From positions 14,582,602-14,646,601 of the forward strand of contig NC_057720.1 in the NCBI RefSeq assembly GCF_004010195.1: DNA of 64,000 nucleotides, in the 5' to 3' direction. The number at the start of each line of letters is the position of its first letter. Positions within the stretch are counted from its first letter, which is position 1. This DNA comes from Chiloscyllium plagiosum (Eukaryota). The position numbers and the translations under genes are program-made. Shown here piece by piece: positions 14,257 through 25,478 of the stretch. A model generated the notes under the pieces. It saw only the letters and a program-made list of their open reading frames with translations. It searched no databases and was not told the origin of the DNA.

Positions 14257-14548
14257 GGTGATGGCCGAAGTCACCTAGTCTCTGAGTGTCTGGGCCAGAA
14301 CTTGGATCTATCGGACACCATGGTGCAACAGAAGCTGGATGAAATCAAGGATTCAATCAAGCGAGAGATACGGAAGGAACTTAAAATCAAGGAAGGAGCA
14401 GAGAACCTCAAGAAGGTCACAACTGATAAAAAGAATCTAGCCTATGTGGAAAATATGTTAAAAAAGTCAAACAAAAAACTAGATGAACTTCATCAAGAGT
14501 TGCAGGAGCTGAATGCGCACATTGTTGTGAAGGATCCTGAGTTAGCAG
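14257..14548 (+). CDS. PKN2: PKN2 internal coding exon (probable exon 2), HR1a repeat
   Basis: Acceptor ttcttctatag|G and donor G|gtaaat. Translates [97 protein letters not shown], closely matching the remembered vertebrate PKN2 N-terminus. Phase 0 start, phase 1 end. Confidence 0.95.
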
Positions 14549-15467
14549 GTAAATTTATGTAAAGTTCTAGTTCTTTAATGATTTTTCTTTGAATATGTTT
14601 GAGCTGAAAAAGTGTAATGCGCATGGACTGTCAGACAAGGAAATATGGAAAGTAAGAATGAATTTTGACAGCAGCTGCAGTATAAATTGAACAAAGTGCA
14701 TTTATGAATGTAACTTGAGTTTTGAAAGAGGGCTGTTGTGCCAGCCTTTCCCCACTGCTTACCTCATTTACATTCTCAGCTGGTGAAATTCCTTATCAGT
14801 TGGCCGTTAAGAGCAGAGCTGGCAAAAATATCCTACACAAATGAGTCTGTTCCTGACAGAACAAAATAACTCACATCGTTTTCTCTTTCCAAGTCTAACT
14901 TGCAAACTTGTGAATTATTAATTGCCCATTCATAATGCATAATTCATAATGTTTTTATTAAAATCAGTTGCTCAAAAGATGAAGTGTGTTCTGTAATTGT
15001 CTGCCTTATCTTTCACTAATTTGACAAATCTGGCTAGCCAGATTTGGTTGAGCACTGTGTTCAGCAGTAATTGTTATTGGACATTAGGACAGAGAAAGTT
15101 GATAAGTTAGGTTTATGATCCACTGTGGTCAACTTTAAGTTACTCTGTGTTATACAATGTATTCCTACATTGAGGGAGCAAGCACGAGTGATGCTTATGG
15201 CTTTCAGCTAATGTGGCTGTATAACATTGCCATAGAGTATCCCACATGATAGATCTTTTGTTTCTTTCCTTCCTTTTTCTCCCAAACCCGTCATCTCCTC
15301 CCGCCCTCACCCCACTCCCACCCAAAAAAAACTAGGTAGGAATGGTGAGAAACACAGTTCAATTTTAATTTTACTTGGTTGTATGAAGACATTCTACAAT
15401 TTCATGGTCTAGTGATGAGGAATGCTTTGTTTTGAATACTTAACTCTATAAAATTGGAAATAAAGTA

Positions 15468-15770
15468 ATAGAGATGTACAGGACGGAAACAGATCCTTTG
15501 GTCCAACCCCTCCATGCCAAGCAGATACCCCAACCCAATCTAGTCCCACCTGTCAGCACCCGGCCGACATCCCTCCAGACCATTCCTATTCATATGCCTA
15601 TCCAGATGCCTTTTTAAATGTTGCAATTGTACCAGCCTCCACCACTTCCTCTGGCAGCTTATTCCATACACGTACCACTCTGTGTGAAAAAGTTGCCCCT
15701 TAGGCCTCTTTTATATCTTTCCCCTCTCATCCTAAACCTATGCCATCCAGTTCTGGACTCTCTGACCCCA
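15468..15770 (-). mobile_element. CR1 (HER1-like) LINE 3' end
   Basis: Reverse complement of the tail seen at 19500-19820. Confidence 0.85.
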
Positions 15771-17312
15771 GGGTTTCTATTAGGCGTTGGTTGTGGTCTT
15801 TCAAAAATCACTGGAGTCAGGGAAAGTCACAGATGATTGGAAAATAGGCTGTTGTAACCCCCTTGTTCAAGAAAGGATCAAGTCAAAAGATGGAAAATTA
15901 TAGGCTGATTAGCCTAACCTAGGTTGTCGGTAAAATTCTAGAATCCATCATTAAGGATGAGATTTCTAAATTCTTGGAAGTGCAGGGTCAGATTAGAACA
16001 AGTCAGCATTAGAACAAGTCAGCATGGATTTAGTATGGGGAGGTAGTGCCTGACAAACCTGTTAGAATTCTTTGAAGAAGTAACAAGTAGGTTAAACCAG
16101 GGGAAGCCCAGTGGATGTTATCCATCTAGATTTCCAGAAGGTCTTTAAGGTGCCTCATGAGAGGCTGTGGAGTAAGGTGATGGCCCATGGAGTTTGAGGT
16201 GAGCTCCTGGCATGGATTGAGGATTGGCTGTCTGACAGGCAGAGAGTTGAGACAAAAGGTTCTTTTTCAGAATGGCAGCTGATGACAAGTGGTGTCACGG
16301 AGGGTTCAGTGTTGGGGCCGCAGCTGTTCACTTTATATATAAATGATCTGCATGAACGGACTGGGGGCATTCTGGTGAAATTCGCCGATGTCATGGAGTT
16401 AGACGGACAGGCAGGTAGTACTGAGGAGGTGGGAAGGCTGCAGAAAGATTTTGACAGTTTAGGACAGTGGTCCAGGAAATGACTGAAATTCAACTTGAGC
16501 AAATGCAAACATGTTAAGTCATAATTGGTTATACTACAATGTAAAAGTTTGGAAAAAAGAATACAGGCATGGACTATTTCCTAAATGGTGAGAAAATTCA
16601 TAAAGCCAAAGTACAAAGGGACCTGGGAGTGCTAGTACAGAAATTTCTAAAGGTTGACTTGCAGGTTGAGTCCGTGATTAAGAAAGCAAATGTAATGCTG
16701 TCGTTTATCTCGAGGAATATAAAAGCAGCGATATGCTTCTGAGACTTTATAAAGCTCTAGTTAGGCCTCATTTAGAATACTGTGACCAATTTTGGGCCCC
16801 ACACTTCAGGAAGGACATACTGGCACTGGAGCATGTCCAGTGGAGATTCATACAGATGATCTGGAATGGTAGGCCTAACTTACAATGAGCAGCTTAGGAT
16901 CTTTTGATTGAATTAATTAGAGTTTAGAAGGTTGACAGGAAATCTAATAGAAGCTTATAAGATAATGCAAGGCTTAGGGTGGACGCTGGGAATTTGTTTC
17001 TGTTGGGCAGGTAGACTAGGACCTGTGGGCACAGCCTTAGAATTAGAGAGGGGTCAATTTAGAATGAAAATGAGACATTTCTTCAGCCAGAGAGTGGTGG
17101 GCCTGTGGAATTCATTGCCTCGGAGCGCAGTGGATGCTGGGCGTTAAATGTCTTCAAGGCAGAAATTGATAAATTCTTGATCTCGCGAGGAATTAAGGGC
17201 TACGGGGAGAGTGTGGGTAAGTAGAGTTGAAATGCCCGTCAGCCATGATTAAATGGTGGAGTGGACTCGATGGATCGAATGGCTTTCCTTCCACTACTAT
17301 GCCTTATGGTCT
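15771..17312 (+). mobile_element. CR1 LINE ORF2 RT fragment to 3' end
   Basis: NYRLISLT, GSVLGPQLFTLYINDL and KFAD motifs with stops and frameshifts; tail tatgccttatggtctt. Confidence 0.9.
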
Positions 17313-17631
17313 TATTACCAGCCGTTGGTGTGAGTTTGTACTCTGCTTGTCAGTTCGATGGACTTTTGCTGAGACAGATTTAAATGTTTTTCCACTACTG
17401 AAGATAATAAAGGTGAAAATGATTTCAGCAACAAAGGCAGTATTGTGCGTGAATTATTTTTGATTAATTCTTATGGTAAACTTTTACATTGGTTATACTA
17501 TAATTATGGCTTAACATGTTTGCAGTTTGAAGTAAATTTAATTTTGATTGTCATACGTCTTTTGGATAACATGCAGGTATGATTGCTAATGCTAGTATTG
17601 AGATTGAGAGAATATTGGGTGGTGCATTTGA

Positions 17632-17810
17632 GTGATTCACTAATGCCATTTTAGGGAAGGAAACTGCCATCCTTACCTGGTCTGGTCTACATGCGACTCC
17701 AGACCCAGTGCAATGTGGTTGACTCTTAACTGCCCTTTGGGTAATTTAGAGATGGACAATAAATGCTGGCCTTGCCAGCAATGCCCTCATTCTGTGAAGG
17801 AATAATTTAT
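17632..17810 (+). mobile_element. Deu-domain SINE fragment (SacSINE1/AmnSINE-like)
   Basis: ttcactaatg..ttagggaaggaaactgccatccttacctggtctgg.ctacatg.gactccagaccca..gcaatgtggttgactcttaactgccct; same core at 43120-43260. Confidence 0.7.
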
Positions 17811-18992
17811 TTAAAAATTCACTGATGCCAAATTTACTGTTAGCTGTGAGAAGATCAGACTCTGTTGGAAAAGTATGACTTCAGTTATCAGTTTTGTCTG
17901 TGTCCTTTCCTTGCAAAAGTAATGGTCATGTATAATCTTTCTGACACCCATTACAAAATAACAGTGCAGCATTTCTCCTAAAAGTCCTTTGTATAAATTT
18001 TTGAATTGAGATTAGACGTGGCTGTATGGTGTAGTTGAGTATTAAATTGAAGCTCATCTGTTTTTTGGTTTTGTTTTGAGTAAACTGCATCTCTAGAGTA
18101 TGTTATTTCAAGTTTTTGTGTTTTCTCTTTCTCTTGTTCTGCTTTTCCTATTTGTAGTATTTCACAAGGGAGATCATAACCATTTTCCTTCCAAACAGAC
18201 ATCAAGAAAATATTACTGTTTAGTCAGCAATTGCTAGTTGGCATTTTCTGAAAGTTTCTGTAAAATTCAAGCTGGAGGGAAGGGTTTCTTGTACACTGAT
18301 AGTCACCCAACCTCTGAGCCAGGAGCTCTGATCAAATCCCACCCACTGCAGTGGTGTGTAATATCATCTGAGCAGGTTGATTAGAATGTATCAAATTTAT
18401 GCTTATCTTGTTTAATTGACACCAGATAAACACTCTTGAGCTATTGACTATCATGGTTCTAACCAACGAATCTTAACATTAAATTTAAAGTCTAAAAGAC
18501 ACTTCTTTCCCTTTTTTGAATCTAGCTTCACTATATCCAATTAATGATTCCTGGTTAGTTTTGTAAATATACAGCCAAGCTCTTTTCAAAATGGGTGTCT
18601 TTGTATGATTTTCTTTCTCTCATGAAGCTTTCAAAGTCCCTGACAACTCCAATGACCATAGTATGTGCATTTCTTAAAAACAGACTCTTATAGTTGAGAA
18701 TCCCAATCAGTGATGACAAAAGACTGTAATAACAATAAATAGAACATGTATTGGCAGCTGCATAAATTTATCTCTATAAAGAGATTCGCCGGAGCTTTGA
18801 TATCATGGAGGTTCGTGCAGACCAAGCATTAATCCAGCAGTCAAGCTGACTTGCAGTGGTTTTCACTTTAACCCTATGAGCAGTTTGAGAAGTAGCAGCT
18901 TAAAGTGTAAAGCTGATGAAAGATTTAGATGTTAGGTAGAAATGCTGCTGAAACAAACTTTGACAGTTTCCATCGAGAAATATACTTCAAGA

Positions 18993-19822
18993 GCCAATGG
19001 GCTGAGAAGTGGCAGACGGAGTTTAATTTGGATAAATGCAAGTGTTGCACTTTGGGAAAGCAAATCCTAGCAGGACTTGTACACTAAATGGTAAGGTTCT
19101 AGGGAGTGTTGCTGAACAGAGACCTTGGAATGCAGGTTCATAGCTCCTTTTAAAATGGAGTCGCAGGTAGATAGAGTAAAGAAGGCGTTTGGCATGCTTT
19201 CCTTTATTGGTCAGAGTATTGAGTAGAGGAGTTGGGAGGTCATGTTGCGGCTGTACAGGGCATTGGTTAGGCCACTATTGGAATATTGCATGCAATTCTG
19301 GTCTCCTTCCTATCGGAAAGGTGTTGTGAAACTTGAAATGGTTCAGTAAAGATTTACAAGGATATTGCCAGGGTTGGAGGATCGAGCTACAGGGAGAGGC
19401 TAAACAGGCTGGGGATGTTTTCCCTGGAGCATTGGAGGCTGAGGGGTGACCTTCATAGAAGTTTACAAAATTGAGGGGCATGGATAGGATAAATAGGCAA
19501 AGTCTTTTCCCTGGGGTGGGGGAGTCCAGAACTAGAGGGCATAGGTTTTGGGTGCAAGGGGAAAGATATAAAAGAGACCTAAGGGGCAACTTTTTCACGC
19601 AGAGGGTGGTATGTGTATGGAATGAGCTGCCAGAGGATGTGGTGGAGGCTGGTACAATTGCAACATTTAAAAGGCATTTGGATGGGTATATGAATAGGAA
19701 GGGTTTGGAGGGATATGGACCGGGTGCTGGCAGGTGGGACGAGATTGGGTTGGGATATCTGGTCGGCATGGATGGGTTGGACCGAAGGGTCTGTTCCCAT
19801 GCTGTACATCTCTATGACTCTA
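18993..19822 (+). mobile_element. CR1 (HER1-like) LINE 3' fragment
   Basis: RT C-terminus (ORF 19471..19890) and tail gctgtacatctctatgactct. Confidence 0.9.
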
Positions 19823-20904
19823 AGGGATTTCATGATGACCATAACCTGACAGAATTGAAATTAAGCCATAAAACAAAGTGGTTAAAATAGGTATTAAAAG
19901 AAGGTGGAAAAGTAGAGGATTTAGTGAAGACATTCCTTGTTTAATGCCCTATACAGTTTGGCTGTAATTCATTTGTATTAAATGTTTTGTGGATCCAAAA
20001 TACTGTGCTTTTCATAACTGAAATAATTTGCATCAATGAAGTACTTCTCAAATCCTTTTCTACTGCATTGTACATACTGCATTACAATGTCCCAATCCCA
20101 AATCACTTTTTTTTGTAGTTTAATTTACCTGTAGCATTGCATGTGTGAATCAAATGCAATTAGCATCCATTAGTTTTATTCATATTCTATCTTCTTTAGG
20201 AAATACTGATTTTAAATAGGCTACAGCGATGGGGTGAGGTGTGACTAAGGAAGTAATTGAATGCTAGGATAATAATTTTAAATTTGAGGCATTTGTAGGA
20301 TCGTGTCGAGGTGTCAACAAGCGGAGGGCTAATGGGTGAACAGGATTTTTAAAAATTTGGGATCTGGGAAGCCGAGTTTGGGTTAAGCACAATTAACGGA
20401 GGATGGAAGATGGAAAAGTTGAGTGCATTTAGAATAGCTGAGTCTAAAAGTGACGCAAGTATGTATGGACATTTTTGCTGTCAGTCTAATGAGTATGCAG
20501 AAGTAATATTACAAACATCAATTCGGCAGTCTTTTAGTGGAGAGCAGATGAGTTCTGTGGCTCAGCGGTGTTAAACAGGGCAATTTGTGAACAGTCTAGG
20601 TTGGCCATGGTTTTCAGGCTAAAATGTGAGGTGGAAGTATAAGCTTAGAAGTGGAGTTTGCACAGTGTGGGATGGTGGCATGGATCTTCTTACGATTTTA
20701 ATTTGGAGGAAATTTCTGCTATTGTACAGAATGGCAGACAGTCCAATAAGCAGTGGAGGGACCCAGTGTAGTTTTTTTTTAAATGAAGATGATTAATTGA
20801 TTTTTCTAAGCTTTGGAAACATCAGTGGTATGAGCAGGAAGAAACATTTATTGTAGGAGATTCTCTGGCTATAAATTATCCACAAAGTTTGACTAAAGTT
20901 TGTA

Positions 20905-21191
20905 GGGCAGCACGGTGGCTCAGTGGTTAGCACTGCTGCCTCAATTCCCTGTCTGTGTGGAGTTTGCACATTCTCCCCGTGTCTGCATGGGTTTCCTCCG
21001 GGTGCTCTGGTTTCCTCCCACAGTCCAAAAATGTGCAGACTAGGTGAATTGGCCATGCTAAATTACCCGTAGTGTTAGTTGAAAGGGTAAATGTAGGGGA
21101 ATGGGTCTGGGTGGTTTGCTCTTCGGAGGGTCGGTGTGGACTTGTTGGGCTGATGGGCCTATTTCCACACTGTAAGTATTCTAATCTAATC
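20905..21191 (+). mobile_element. HE1-type V-SINE
   Basis: Head gggcagcacggtggctcagtggttagcactgctgcctca, V-domain and tail ccacactgtaagta..ctaatctaat. Confidence 0.88.
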
Positions 21192-21366
21192 AAAAAAAAG
21201 GGCTCTCTCTCAACTGAATAACAGAGGAGAGGTTTTGAATGAGGTTGGTGACACACTGTAGAGGAAGGTGTACATCATGGTTGTACACCGCGGTTACAGT
21301 TGCATAGGATGCCGTTTGGAAATGATTCTGATTGTTTTAGGGCCATGACAGATGGAAACCTGAGTA

Positions 21367-21714
21367 CAGTAACGCCTCGACTTGCGACCTTAATCCGTTC
21401 CGGGACCCGGTTCGCGAACCGAAAAGTTTGCGAACTGAATCAATTTTTCCCATTATTTGGATAGTGTAAGAATGCTTGGACGGCTGTTCACGGTGCACGT
21501 GCCAAAGACGAACTGAATGAGATCACGCGGTGCCCGAGAGCTTTTGCGTTCAACAAGCGCGTCGCAAAATAGAACAATGCAACCACGTTGCACACGGGCT
21601 TTTTGCATTCGTACCTTGAATTCCGTACATACGTTGAAGCAAAATTTTACGTACAATCCTGTTCGTAAACCAATTTGTACGTGAACGGGTCGTTCGTATG
21701 TCGAGGCGCTACTG
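21367..21714. mobile_element. Non-autonomous Tc1/mariner (Tigger/pogo-like) MITE
   Basis: TIRs cagtaacgcctcgacttgcga and tcgtatgtcgaggcgctactg (18/21 match), flanked by TA on both sides; 348 bp; CpG-rich. Confidence 0.85.
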
Positions 21715-22039
21715 TATAAGAAACCAAAACGAGGAACTTTTCTATTCCAATTTGGTTCCCCTTACTATATGTACTCCCAGCCACCTGGAGCATTGGCAAC
21801 AAAGGTTTCTCCTTTGATACTCAAAGGTAATTGAAACTAGTCTAGGAGATCAAATGAGTCATGATTTATGTTGCAGGGTGCCTACTACTTGTGGTAACTT
21901 ATGCTGTAGTCAGCCCCTAACTTGAAGGAATGTACTGACATTCTGTGAGCTATCAATCTACTGCTCTCTTGCTGTGATATGGAGAATGAAAGGAGTAGCT
22001 GTATGATATCCAATTTGGTTCTGCCTTTAACAGAAGGTC

Positions 22040-22272
22040 CTTCGTTACCCTCCCCCACCTTCATCCACTTATTGCATTCCCAGCTACCTTTCCACGGCCC
22101 CATGCACCAACTCCTCCTCCTTTCCACCACCTCCAATCCTCCCATGTATCTCTCAGCCTCTTTGGCTCAGAAGCCTTATTCCTGGTGAAAGGTGTATGCC
22201 CGAAACGTTGATTCTCCTGCTTCTCAGATGTTGCCTGACCGCCTGTGCTTTTCCATTGGCGCACTCTTCAAC
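22040..22272 (+). mobile_element. PLE family A 3' end with degenerate hammerhead
   Basis: C/T-rich 3' UTR, then cctggtgaaaggtgtatgcccgaaacgttgattctcctgct...gcctgacc. Confidence 0.7.
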
Positions 22273-23520
22273 CTAAAAGGTCTTGTACAAGTCAAGAAAG
22301 GATTCTCTTGTCCTGTGGCTGCAACCTGGAATCAAGTGCATTTCAATTAAGTTTTGTGACATTAGTCATGGCTATTTAGAAATTAATCCACTAATACATC
22401 CAGGTATTCCTCTTCCAACATTCCTGCAAGGAATGAATGGATGTTTCAAATTTGACTGCACACGTATAACACTGAATTTTTCTGATTTAAAAATCATTTG
22501 ATGGCCACGGGTCTGTTCTCTCCACTTTGATCAAACTGCTTTTGGTAGTTATACATTTCTGTATCTATCCATTCCACCAACTGTCTCTGACTTCTTGAAG
22601 TCTGTTGCTGTCTTCCTCACTTGACTATATTTGCAAGGTTTGTGGCTTTTGGGGATGACAGCTTTTTCTCTGGGCTTTTTAAATTCATATCATTACTGCT
22701 TTTTTTGATAAACGCTCGCAGTCTTAATACTGAACTGTTGCAAGCAACATGTATATTTACCTCCAGTTTGAAAACCAGCAATTCTGCAGAGCTGTTTCTT
22801 GTCCTTTAGTCAATTTTATACTGAAGCTGAAAAGGGCTGTTCTGGCACTGTGATAGTGTCCCTGCCCCTTGACTGACAGACCTGGGTTCAAGCCCCACAT
22901 GCTCCATAGGTCTGTAATAACAACTCTGAACAGGTTGGTTAGAAAAATATGTTTAATTTTTTTTATAAGCTCCCTCCCTCTGAACAGACAATCCCAGGTT
23001 CAAGTCCCACTTGCCTCAACATTGTCTCTCAGCATGTTCCAGGTTGCTTAAAAATAACTTGCATCACTGATGTTAAACTGACCGGTCTGTAGTTGTCAGA
23101 TTTAGCAACTTATTTGGAGCCAAGATGTAATATTTTGCAATCGTGCGTAGCTTATGGCCAGCATCTCTGCAATTTTTATCCTTAATTCCCTCAAACTAGG
23201 ATGCATTACAACCAGACCAGGCGACTTTTCGACTTTACATGTTTGAGGCAGTATCTAAATCATTTCCAACATTCTGGCAATTTCCTGCTATTATGGCTTT
23301 GGCAAAGTCCCATTCCATGCTCACCAAGGGAGGTACTAACTTAAGTACCTAGATTATGCTTTCTGCCTTAGTTGTTTTGTTTGGTCTCTAATTGGTTCCA
23401 CTGCTCTGCTGACAGACACATTAACAGTAAAATGTTTAAGCCTTTGACAACTAATATAAAAGAATCAATCTATTCTCTCACTGTCCCTACTTTTTTTTGA
23501 TTGTCCCATCCTGTATTCAG

Positions 23521-23634
23521 AGCTGAAAATGTGTTGCTGGATTCTCCTGTTCCCTGGATGCTGCCTGACCTGCTGCGCTTTTCCAGCAACACATTTTCAG
23601 CTCTGATCTCCAGCATCTGCAGACCTCACTTTCT
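23521..23634 (+). mobile_element. Short PLE family A insertion with 5' inversion and 15-bp TSD
   Basis: TSD ccatcctgtattcag at 23506-23520 and 23635-23649; 5' agctgaaaatgtgttgctgg is the reverse complement of internal ccagcaacacattttcagct. Confidence 0.85.
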
Positions 23635-24700
23635 CCATCCTGTATTCAGTCAGAGTTGCTCTTGTATAATCAGGGTGACATTTGTTCTCTTTTTCTCTAC
23701 TATATCCTACATCTCCCACTACCTTCTTACCATTGGGGAATCTTGTAGTTGTCTTCCCTTTATCCTGCTCTCTTAGCTGCACTAAAATCATTTCTTTGAA
23801 GGTTGCCCATGCTTCTTTACATCTCTCCCTGCCAGATGTTTTTTACTTGAAATTAATCTTTCTCAAGTATTTTTATCTAGGTATCACTTGTTCTTCACTA
23901 TATCAATCTACACCTTATGATACATTGCTCATTGAATGTGAATGCCACCTCCATTTTACGAAGATTCGATCCAGCAAAGACTCTTTATTGGGTGCAAAGC
24001 ATACTGATTAAAAAATAATTCCTGAGCATATCTAAGAAATTCTTCCTGTAATTTACACTTCATATGATCATTGCCATATTCCGTGTTGAGGAAATTAAAT
24101 CCTCCCATTATCACTACATGGTCTTTGTCTCTTTCAGAAATGTACTTCTGAATCTCCTAACTCCTTCCCACTATTTGGAAGCCTATGTATTTTTTTTTTA
24201 AAAACAAGTAGACTAATTGCTTTTTTAAAAATTGTTTCCCAATTCCAAAACCTGAGTTTTCTATTTTAGATCCCTTGAGGACAGTGTCTCCTCAGAACAC
24301 AACAATAGTTTCCATCTTCAAAACAGCTATTCCTGTTAACTTTTCCCTTTGTGAATATTTTGTACCCAAGAATGTTTAAGCATTCCCTGCTTCTTTGTCC
24401 AATCAGAGTTAATACCATTATATTATGTTTTCATGTGATTATGTACATCTGTAGCTCACCAAATATAGCAACAGTTTCTATGTCTATCTGACTCTCTGTT
24501 GCTCTGGACCCAATTTTTAAGCACTACATTATCATTGCATGCCTACCAAATTAGTCTGATACTGCTCACCTGCCTCCATTTCTCCCTGACATTTGTTAAC
24601 TTGCAAGGATATTGGTTCAAACTCTGGGTAATGAACCCGGCCAAGTGTTAGATTTGGAGGTAGGTGGGCACTTGGTGATAATGACCACAGTTCAGTTATT

Positions 24701-25004
24701 TTAGATTACTTACATATTACTTAGTGTGGAAACAGGCCCTTCGACCCAACAAGTCCACACCACCCTGCCGAAGCGCAACCCACGCATACCCCTTACCTAA
24801 CACTACGGGCAATTTAGAATTGCCAATTCACCTGACCTCAACATCTTTGGACTGTGGGAGGAAACCGGAGCACCCGGAGGAAACCCACGCAGACACGGGG
24901 AGAATGTGCAAACTCCACACAGTCAGTCGCCTGAGATGGGAATTGAACACAGATCTCTGGCGCTGTGAGGCAGCAGTGCTAACCACTGTGCCACCGTGCC
25001 GCCC
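24701..25004 (-). mobile_element. HE1-type V-SINE, near full length
   Basis: Ends aaccactgtgccaccgtgccgccc, the reverse complement of the tRNA-like head. Confidence 0.9.
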
Positions 25005-25187
25005 ACAATCTAACTTACTATGTTTACTTTAGTGATGGAAAGGGATAGGTATATACCACAGGGCAAGAGTAATAACTGGGGAAAAGGGAATTGTGATGCG
25101 ATTAGGCAAGATTTAGTTTGCATAGTACAGGCAAGGAAACTGCAGGGGATGGGCGCAATTGAAGTGTGGAGCTTATTCAAGGAATAG

Positions 25188-25331
25188 GTAAAACCAAGGA
25201 CTGCAGATGCTGGAAACCAGAGTCTAGATTAGAGTGGTGCTGGAAAAGCACAGTAGGTCAGGCAGCATCCAAGGAGCAGGCAAATCGACGTTTCGGGCAA
25301 AAGCCTTTCCAGCACCACTCTAATCTAGACC
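25188..25331 (-). mobile_element. Short PLE family A insertion with inverted 5' end
   Basis: TSD cttattca(a/t)ggaatag at 25172-25187 and 25332-25347; truncated inside hammerhead stem II; tttccagcaccactctaatctagac is an inverted copy of internal sequence. Confidence 0.8.
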
Positions 25332-25478
25332 CTTATTCATGGAATAGCTCTGCACGTCCTTGATAAGTGTGTACCTGTCAGGCAGTAAGGAAGTGGTCTA
25401 GTAAGGGAGCTGTAGTTTACTGAGGGAGCTGAATTTCTTGTCAAGAGGAAGAAAGTGGCTTATGTTAGGATGAGATGT

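Noticed and set aside
14302..14562. ORF-track boundaries for PKN2 pieces (also 44316..44504, 56682..56921, 56999..57220)
   Set aside because: Starts and stops run into intron sequence; true limits follow the splice sites given in features.
15992..16023. 16-bp tandem duplication attagaacaagtcagc
   Set aside because: Ordinary slippage mutation in a dead CR1.
20905..20945. tRNA genes at SINE heads
   Set aside because: The A/B-box heads continue into V-domain and LINE-derived tails, so they are SINEs.
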